A stretch of 64,000 nt of DNA from a virus. This document shows, one piece after another, positions 57,567-64,000 of the stretch (its first letter is position 1; each line of letters opens with the position of its first letter). The notes beneath the pieces are model-generated. The model was not told the origin of the DNA, did not search any database, and was given only the letters and a program-made list of their open reading frames with translations. The position numbers and the translations under genes were made by a program. Where the stretch lies: positions 32,001 to 96,000 of the IMG/VR virus record IMGVR_UViG_3300044729_001198; one strand, written 5' to 3'.

Positions 57567-57985
57567 GTCTTTTTATGACAAAAAAGTTATCAACATCGCA
57601 TTGTTAATAACTTTCCCAGCAAAAATTTTGCCTTCCGCCAAAAAAGACGTACTATGCGGTGCTTATTTGTGTTAAATAGAAACTTCGGGGGGTTTACCCA
57701 CTACTTGTTTAACATAATTGTGGTAAAAATGAATCATTTAGGGTTTTTGTGGGATTGGTACGGCTGAAAGAGTGTTTACTAATAATACAATACAAGCTTT
57801 TATAATATGTTTTTAGTGGACGTGTTTACCATAAAGTGGGGAATTGTGGGGAAAAATGGGTGATTTTGGGACACTTTTTCCGATATTTGTCATCTTGTCA
57901 TGGTGCTGATGAGGAGATTATGGGATATAAGGGCATAAAAAAAGGTGGGATTGCCCACCAAGTTTTCGTGATAAATCTTCAGCCC

Positions 57986-58183
57986 CTAATCAATCCATGG
58001 GTTAGAGGTATAGTATTTCTTACGTTTCCTCTCCATGTCCCATATGTGTAACAACTGACCTTGTAAATGGTCAAGTGTACCCTTATCCAGCTCTTTTATA
58101 GGGATTATTCTTGTTTCGGTCAGGGCTTCAATGATTAATGAGTCCCCTCTGAACTGAACGGAAATTATTTCATTATTAATCAT
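57986..58183 (-). CDS. Hypothetical protein
   Basis: ORF track. Confidence 0.5.
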   Translation of the reverse strand: MINNEIISVQFRGDSLIIEALTETRIIPIKELDKGTLDHLQGQLLHIWDMERKRKKYYTSNPWID

Positions 58184-58386
58184 AATATCCCATCTGGCCT
58201 AATACCCATAGGTATATCATCATACTACCTATTACTACTACTCCTAATACTATGAGTTCTTTTACTGGAAACTTTTTCATCTTTGTGTTTCTTCCTTTTA
58301 TTAGCTAATTTATTATTAGATAGTTTTACTATCACCCAAATTACCGGCCATATTGCCACTCCTGCAACCATGACCATTCCAACTGA

Positions 58387-58557
58387 CTATCTCCATGGTT
58401 CTGGCCTTGTTCTTACCACCTCTTCACCATTTACTTCCTTGAGACACTCTTTTCTCCATCGGTTCAACTCTTCACGTTGTTGTTCGGTGAGGTTTGGGTC
58501 GTGGATTGCTTGATAGTATCGGGTGTTCCAATATTCTAATTCTTCAATGAGTTCCAT
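58387..58557 (-). CDS. 56-aa hypothetical protein (not in track)
   Basis: MELIEELEYWNTRYYQAIHDPNLTEQQREELNRWRKEC... Confidence 0.45.
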   Translation of the reverse strand: MELIEELEYWNTRYYQAIHDPNLTEQQREELNRWRKECLKEVNGEEVVRTRPEPWR

Positions 58558-59075
58558 AGCTCTATGTCCTTTCTATATATTAATCTGATTAGTTCATCGG
58601 TTTTATCATCAATTTCCACATGAATCTTATCATGGGTTTTGTTTGAGTGTTTGAGTGGTACATTGAAATGTTTATTCCAATCGTTTTGTAGATTCTCAAA
58701 CTTTAATATGTGGTCTACTCGTATCTCTCCATCTATAGAGATAAAATCTACTTGTGGATGGAATACAAACTCATATTGTGATTTGTTGTATATCTTTAAT
58801 AATACTGATTTTAATTTATCGTATAAATCACCACGACCTGGCATCATATTCCAACCACTAACGGCTCTGTCCCATGGGTTTCTGATTACACAATAGGTTG
58901 GATATGGACTACGAACGTCTTGTAACTTCCAATGGTCGTGTGTGTTGTATTTACCATCTTGTGGTAGATTCTCATCATAAAGAGATTCCCATACGGAATA
59001 TGACCCCGCTTTGGGGATTCCTATAAATTGTACTTTATGATTGTGAAATATCATATCTAAAAGTGTGGATGCCAA
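58536..59075 (-). CDS. Sulfotransferase family 2 (HNK-1/CHST-like)
   Basis: 5'-PSB loop IPKAGSYS, 3'-PB motif IRNPWDRAVS, HPQVDFI, KFENL; start uncertain. Confidence 0.8.
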   Translation of the reverse strand: MASTLLDMIFHNHKVQFIGIPKAGSYSVWESLYDENLPQDGKYNTHDHWKLQDVRSPYPTYCVIRNPWDRAVSGWNMMPGRGDLYDKLKSVLLKIYNKSQYEFVFHPQVDFISIDGEIRVDHILKFENLQNDWNKHFNVPLKHSNKTHDKIHVEIDDKTDELIRLIYRKDIELWNSLKN

Positions 59076-59359
59076 CTATCGTATTCGTCCGGCTCTAATC
59101 CATCTTGACTATCACCCCCACCCCATACTATTGTGGGTTTTGGATTTACTAACGTAACTAACTGGTAAGTAACTAACTCATCGGTAAGTTGGATTTGGAT
59201 GGTTTGGGCCTTGGAGAGGGTTTGGGCGACATTGAAGTTTGAGTCATTTAAGGAGATTTGGGCGACATCGCTAGATGTCCCCAAATTTTCTTTAGGACAC
59301 ACGAAATCGTCTCCGACCATTTCTATGTTGGGGTCGATGTTATTTTTTTGGATTGTCAT
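59057..59359 (-). CDS. Hypothetical protein
   Basis: ORF track. Confidence 0.45.
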   Translation of the reverse strand: MTIQKNNIDPNIEMVGDDFVCPKENLGTSSDVAQISLNDSNFNVAQTLSKAQTIQIQLTDELVTYQLVTLVNPKPTIVWGGGDSQDGLEPDEYDSWHPHF

Positions 59360-59506
59360 ATTCTTGAGAAGATATATAAGGATTTTCTGAATAACTTACC
59401 CACATCTTGTAATCATGTTCTTGGTCTTCTACGATGTTAGGTTTTTTAATGGATTTCTGGCCGGCTTTTTTCTTATCGTGTATCTTACTGATAAGAGTTT
59501 TGATTT

Positions 59507-59920
59507 TCATGTGTTGGTCTCCTTGGATGGTTGAAAGAATGATAAATAACTACCTTTTATAATATGTATGACACTTTTACTTATTGGTGTGAATTTGTAG
59601 TTGTTTATTTCGTAAAAAGTTATAAATTTTACCTCTGAATGGGCATTTAGTCGGGGTTTACCACTCACGAAATTACATATCCAAGGATGTACCATCATAC
59701 CTTCCATTTCTCGTGGTGGTATCAAATAATGTGGATGAATATCAATCTCCATCTCTTCCATCCACTCACGTTTCAATCCATGCCACGAAGACTCATCAGT
59801 TGGGTCTATCTTACCACCGGGCAACTCCCATAGACCTGGATGATTCTTATTATCATCCATACGTCTACCTATAAGAAATTTATCTTCATTTCGAAGAGCA
59901 CCAAGTGTAATTTCTAACAT
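59507..59920 (-). CDS. Nudix hydrolase (MutT-like)
   Basis: WELPGGKID...GLKREWMEEM Nudix box. Confidence 0.9.
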   Translation of the reverse strand: MLEITLGALRNEDKFLIGRRMDDNKNHPGLWELPGGKIDPTDESSWHGLKREWMEEMEIDIHPHYLIPPREMEGMMVHPWICNFVSGKPRLNAHSEVKFITFYEINNYKFTPISKSVIHIIKGSYLSFFQPSKETNT

Positions 59921-60059
59921 TTGTCGTCTATAATCCCAATTTTTTCTGGTTCAATTCCTACTAACTTACCATCCTTTACGGATTTTATTAACATCTTTAA
60001 TGCGTATATCATATCCTTGGTATCTGAATTCCACAGGTATGATGCTAGTATTGAGTCTT

Positions 60060-60455
60060 TCATTTGTTTACAAATCCGTATTTTTCTCTAACTCTATCTG
60101 AAATAGGAATAGCATCACCATTTTCATCAATTCTTACGAATACGATGTTTGTTGATAACACCGGCACTTGTTTACCGGTGTATACGTTGTGAGCTCTTGC
60201 CTCCATGTATAATGTCAATGATGTATTACCAATACTATCAACCCTTCCATAGATTTTCAATAATTGACCTTCCTTAGCGGGTTTTTTAAATATACACTCG
60301 TCAATCTTGATTGTCACCATTCGTGGTGAATCTGCTACTTGCATGGCCATAGCAGCACCTGCCGCATCTAACCAAGCCAAGAGCTTCCCACCAAATAAGT
60401 TGGCGTGGAAGCCCAAGTCCGTTTTTTTGATAGGATGGGTTGAAATTAACTCCAT
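60060..60455 (-). CDS. Hotdog-fold acyl-CoA thioesterase (YciA-like)
   Basis: DLGFHANLFGGKLLAWLD..GA...VGNTS...FVRIDENG. Confidence 0.88.
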   Translation of the reverse strand: MELISTHPIKKTDLGFHANLFGGKLLAWLDAAGAAMAMQVADSPRMVTIKIDECIFKKPAKEGQLLKIYGRVDSIGNTSLTLYMEARAHNVYTGKQVPVLSTNIVFVRIDENGDAIPISDRVREKYGFVNK

Positions 60456-61048
60456 TATCTACACTTACATTTATATTGATTCAAGTCTGATGTTGTAGGT
60501 GCTACATTCTTGAAATAGTAGCAGTATTTTTGATTACCCACTTTTAGTTCTTTGTAGAACCCACTTGGAATAGCTGCGCCTGCTGGTACTCGTGGTGGAT
60601 TGGGTGCGAATTCAATTCGAATATATACATCAACTTGTGCCGTTCGAGCCCACTCTCGTTCTTGAATCTCTAACTTCTTCCATACACCACGATTCAATGA
60701 TTGTTGTTGTAGAGCTGAATTCATATAACTAAAAGTTTCCCACAACATATCCTTATTACAATTCAATGAAGCGGCTGGAGCCATGTGACCCTTGTCCCAT
60801 TCATTATTTACATAATCTGCGTTATCCGATGTGACAATTCCCTTTTCGGTAAAGAAATCCATCCCAGCTCTTGAAGCCGTACCATTTGGACAAGCGACAT
60901 TGTAATATGCTGCTTTTGGTTGTTGTAACACCTCTGAATAGATAATTCTATAATATGGCGTATTCCAATCAATAGAATCTTGGAGTTGTTGAGCGAATGT
61001 GGTTACTGATAACAGTAACGAGAGTAAAAATAGTGTTGTTTTTTTCAT
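60455..61048 (-). CDS. Secreted DNA/RNA non-specific endonuclease (NucA-like)
   Basis: Signal peptide MKKTTLFLLSLLLSVTTFA; DKGHMAPAA, N..LQ..SLNRGVWKKLE, IPSGFYK. Confidence 0.9.
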   Translation of the reverse strand: MKKTTLFLLSLLLSVTTFAQQLQDSIDWNTPYYRIIYSEVLQQPKAAYYNVACPNGTASRAGMDFFTEKGIVTSDNADYVNNEWDKGHMAPAASLNCNKDMLWETFSYMNSALQQQSLNRGVWKKLEIQEREWARTAQVDVYIRIEFAPNPPRVPAGAAIPSGFYKELKVGNQKYCYYFKNVAPTTSDLNQYKCKCR

Positions 61049-61058
61049 TTTATATCAT

Positions 61059-61634
61059 TTATTGTTCGTTGTAGTCATCATCAACCCAAGTCACATCTTC
61101 AAGAGCTTCATCACGACACCCACATCGTGATTCGTCTGCAATCTCATGAAATTCAGCACAAGCATCAAAATACTCATCCTCATTTTCAAATGCGTCTCGG
61201 TCTGGATATTTTAGAGTTTCATCCGAGTATTCGTATAAGTCATCTACATTTTTGATAGCACCACCACCAACGAAGTTATATCCCTCATCCTCAAAGGTAC
61301 ATGACAGTACGACATTTGGGTCAACTTCATGTAGAATCTTATGAAGTCGTACAAAAGCACCACGACACCAATCCCATGCTGATGTGGTTTGTAATTCAAA
61401 ACCATCTTCAGAAATATCACAATCTTCGATGTGACACCACTTCGCACCCATTCGTGTAGTAAACACTTCACGGTCATAGTCTTCTCCGGCGTGTTCCGGA
61501 TACAAGGTATCATGGAATTTTTTAGAATCCCAAGAATCCAAATTTGATGAATCTCCAAACATTAGTTGGAGCTTTTGGTATACTTCGGGTGACCCCTCTT
61601 CTACCGAAATCCAAGTAGTAACGTGATTTGCCAT
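61059..61634 (-). CDS. DUF1281/YubB ferredoxin-like domain protein
   Basis: MANHV...MGAKW...TTSAW...FEDEG. Confidence 0.6.
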   Translation of the reverse strand: MANHVTTWISVEEGSPEVYQKLQLMFGDSSNLDSWDSKKFHDTLYPEHAGEDYDREVFTTRMGAKWCHIEDCDISEDGFELQTTSAWDWCRGAFVRLHKILHEVDPNVVLSCTFEDEGYNFVGGGAIKNVDDLYEYSDETLKYPDRDAFENEDEYFDACAEFHEIADESRCGCRDEALEDVTWVDDDYNEQ

Positions 61635-61653
61635 TTTTTTAAATTTATTTATA

Positions 61654-61685
61654 CAAATATACGAAATTATTTTGAATTTTCCAAA
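61654..61685 (-). promoter_or_regulatory. Bacteroidota sigma-A-type promoter
   Basis: TTTG-N20-TATATTTG. Similar elements at 7467-7497, 26236-26267, 33809-33839, 41558-41589, 49237-49268, 57380-57411. Confidence 0.8.
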
Positions 61686-61752
61686 TCATTTTGAGAACCA
61701 CTTGGTTCTGATGCGGGGACGTAATCATCCCAATATACAAATACCCAACTCA

Positions 61753-62856
61753 TTAGTTTGACAATGGTGCTTTAATTGTTGGATGAGATTGGTAATTAAA
61801 TAACACAAAATCATCAGGTACAAATCCTTTTAAATCTTTATCATATTCACCTTCTCTATAATCTAAACATAAAGTAGGTAAGTCAAATGGTTCTCTTCCA
61901 ATTTGTTCTTTTGCTTGTTCAATGTGATTTGAATATAGGTGAACATCTCCTAAATTACCAATCAATTCATCGGGTATCATATTTACCTCTCTAGCAATTA
62001 TTTGGAGTAATAAACCATAAGAAGCGATATTGAATGGTAATCCTAAAAATGTATCTACTGAGCGTTGATTCCACATCAAGGAAATTGCTCTCTTTGGAAC
62101 TCGTAAACTATCCATATGAGAGTGGTGATAATCCATACTTCTACTCAATGGTTGTTTTGTTGAATTAAAGTATTCGATTCTTTCATCCAAATCTAATTCT
62201 CTGGTATATACTTGAAACCCATAATGACATGGTGGAAGAACCATTTGGTCTAATTCACCTACATTCCAAGCTGAAACCATTAATCGTCTTGAGTCTGGAT
62301 TATTTTTAAGGTCGTTGATTAGATTTTGGATTTGGTCAATATATTGTGTTCCTTTTACATACAAAGGTTCAACATCATCACCATCATCAATTTTTAATGT
62401 CGTTGGGATGGCAACCTCACTTTGCCACTCTCTCCATTGTGCTCCATAGATTGGACCTAATTCACCCCATCTATTAGCCCAATCATCATCAAGCTTAATT
62501 GCTTTAACGAAATCTTCTTCGGAAAGTTTTGGAACTGGTCCAAATGGTGAAGTTCTATTTGCTTCTTCGTTCCATTTTTCATAGTTCTTATAAGCATCAC
62601 CATTCCAAATATTACAATTGTTATTGACCAGGAATTTGATATTAGTATCACCACGAAGAAACCATAGCAGTTCCACCACCATGGTTTTGAATGCCATTTT
62701 CTTGGTAGTAATTAAAGGATATCCTTCAGACATTTTGTGTCTAATTTGACGACCAAATACTGAAATAGTTCCAGTACCGGTTCTGTCTTGTTTTTCTATA
62801 CCATTGTCCAAGATATCTTGAAGTAGGTTTTTATAGTTTTTATCGAGATTGTTCAT
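61753..62856 (-). CDS. thyA: Thymidylate synthase
   Basis: DRTGTGT, ELLWFLRG, GPIYG.QWR, LPPCH, QRSVD.FLGLPFNIASY, GDVHLY.NH. Confidence 0.97.
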   Translation of the reverse strand: MNNLDKNYKNLLQDILDNGIEKQDRTGTGTISVFGRQIRHKMSEGYPLITTKKMAFKTMVVELLWFLRGDTNIKFLVNNNCNIWNGDAYKNYEKWNEEANRTSPFGPVPKLSEEDFVKAIKLDDDWANRWGELGPIYGAQWREWQSEVAIPTTLKIDDGDDVEPLYVKGTQYIDQIQNLINDLKNNPDSRRLMVSAWNVGELDQMVLPPCHYGFQVYTRELDLDERIEYFNSTKQPLSRSMDYHHSHMDSLRVPKRAISLMWNQRSVDTFLGLPFNIASYGLLLQIIAREVNMIPDELIGNLGDVHLYSNHIEQAKEQIGREPFDLPTLCLDYREGEYDKDLKGFVPDDFVLFNYQSHPTIKAPLSN

Positions 62857-62868
62857 ATAGTTAATATT

Positions 62869-63528
62869 TTACATATCCAATAGTAATGGGTCATCTGATT
62901 TAGATTTTAAATCATCAGGTAAGTCGGATTCATCTACTTTTAACTTGGTCTGACGTTCCACTTCTTTCACTACTCCTTTTTTATCACCCCTGCCCCACTC
63001 CCAAGCTAATGTTGATTTCATACGATGTATTTCGAACTCAAGTTGTTTTATGTTTTTTTCGAGTATCATTTCATCAGTTTCATCAATCTCATAATCTATA
63101 TTAAATTCATCAGCCATAGCCAATAAGTCTAATAGATTATTCGACTCAAATGATTTACGAACTCGGACAAATTCTTCATGAGAACCACCTCGGTCTGGAT
63201 GTACATTTGCAGATAGTTTTTTATATAATTTTTTCAGTTTTTCGGGTTTATTTTTCAACTCCTCACGTTTCTTTTCAAGGAGTCGGTCTTGTTGTTCCCG
63301 ATACTTCCTAAACTCATCGTTGGTCGGGGGAGTATCTCTCACCTCCCCCGTTTCATCATTCACCCAAACGATTCGTTCTTCAGCATCCAATTTATTTCTT
63401 TTAGCATAATATTTGTTAAAACGACCCTCAAAATCATCTATGTACGATTCGAGTTCGTTTCTAATATCATCCTCTTCGAGTTTAAGATACTGATACTTTA
63501 AATTATATTTGTGGAGTTTGCGGTTCAC
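62869..63528 (-). CDS. J-domain (DnaJ-like) protein
   Basis: LYKKLSANVHPDRGG..EEF. Confidence 0.75.
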   Translation of the reverse strand: MNRKLHKYNLKYQYLKLEEDDIRNELESYIDDFEGRFNKYYAKRNKLDAEERIVWVNDETGEVRDTPPTNDEFRKYREQQDRLLEKKREELKNKPEKLKKLYKKLSANVHPDRGGSHEEFVRVRKSFESNNLLDLLAMADEFNIDYEIDETDEMILEKNIKQLEFEIHRMKSTLAWEWGRGDKKGVVKEVERQTKLKVDESDLPDDLKSKSDDPLLLDM

Positions 63529-64000
63529 TTACTACTTTTGGTTCATTGACAATCATACATTCAGTAGTAAGTAGTGTACCAGCAACCGAAACTGCTTTTT
63601 CAATAGCAGTTCTTGATACTTTGGTCGGGTCAATAATACCAACTTCCATCATATCAACAAATTTCTCATTGATGACATCAAATCCAACGCCAGACTTACC
63701 AAAGTCTTCAGTTAAATCACCATCATGAGTCAAACCAGCGTTTGATAAGATTGCAAGAAATGGAGCTTTACAAGCTTGTAACACAATGAAATATCCACGT
63801 TCTTCATCTTCATTTGATGTGGGTGTATTATTTGCATCAATACCCAGTCGAGCATGAATCAAAGAAGCACCACCACCAGGAACAATTCCCTCTTCAACAG
63901 CTGCCTTTGTAGCCAAAAGTGCGTCATCGATTCGGTCTTTCTTTTCCTTCATCTCTACTTCAGATTGAGCTCCAACACGGAGTACAGCTACACCACCTGA
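63503..64000 (-). CDS. groEL: Chaperonin GroEL, C-terminal part (gene starts beyond the right edge)
   Basis: SGGVAVLRVGAQSEVEMKEKKDRIDDAL.ATKAAVEEGIVPGGG...GIIDPTKV; no GGM tail. Confidence 0.96.
   Translation of the reverse strand, partial: SGGVAVLRVGAQSEVEMKEKKDRIDDALLATKAAVEEGIVPGGGASLIHARLGIDANNTPTSNEDEERGYFIVLQACKAPFLAILSNAGLTHDGDLTEDFGKSGVGFDVINEKFVDMMEVGIIDPTKVSRTAIEKAVSVAGTLLTTECMIVNEPKVVSEPQTPQI

Noticed and set aside
6741-62654. Minus-strand alternate-frame ORFs nested in real genes (e.g. 6741..7013, 8017..8253, 24932..25114, 26381..26581, 29234..29437, 37776..38069, 62457..62654)
   Set aside because: Fully inside well-supported genes in another frame; typical off-frame composition.
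61753-62856. Intron or intein in thyA (longer than E. coli ThyA)
   Set aside because: The extra segments are short in-frame loops without intein or homing-endonuclease motifs.
333-63728. All plus-strand ORFs in the track
   Set aside because: Short antisense shadows of longer minus-strand genes or tRNAs; no recognisable motifs or plus-strand promoters.
1-64000. Stop-codon reassignment (as in some Bacteroidota phages)
   Set aside because: Long conserved genes are intact in code 11, and no suppressor tRNA was found.

Overview
A 64-kb segment of a large (jumbo-type) contractile-tailed phage genome; every credible gene lies on the minus strand and reads in the standard code. Repeated TTTG-N19/20-TAnnTTTG promoters, a DUF4494 gene, a T9SS-type C-terminal domain and Bacteroidota-style signal peptides point to a Bacteroidota host. 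Layout: (1-3.3 kb) truncated virion/fibre protein; (3.3-7.9 kb) fused Mre11-Rad50, primase, T7-endo-I-like resolvase; (7.9-23.4 kb) T4-like baseplate/fibre module (gp5, gp25, gp6, gp7-like); (23.4-31.2 kb) gp55-like sigma, HD protein, ClpP, UV endonuclease, RNA-repair trio, Hsp20; (31-42 kb) small ORFs, MoxR-AAA/VWA pair, T9SS-tagged secreted protein, CysC mini-operon, Smr; (42.4-45.4 kb) an RNA island; (45.4-64 kb) many small ORFs, an iteron-like non-coding region, sulfotransferase, Nudix, thioesterase, secreted nuclease, ThyA, J-domain protein and truncated GroEL. There are nine canonical tRNAs (eight in the island, plus Ile2 at 34.6 kb). The most unusual signal is in the RNA island: three tRNA-Leu-like 'shells' with near-identical acceptor/D/T arms but unrelated ~70-80-nt structured cores, two co-varying non-canonical tRNA-Gly-like cloverleafs (ACC loop, no D-loop GG, GGCAG T-loop), and inverted-repeat-bounded structured spacers between them. 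All calls are by eye, with no database searches.
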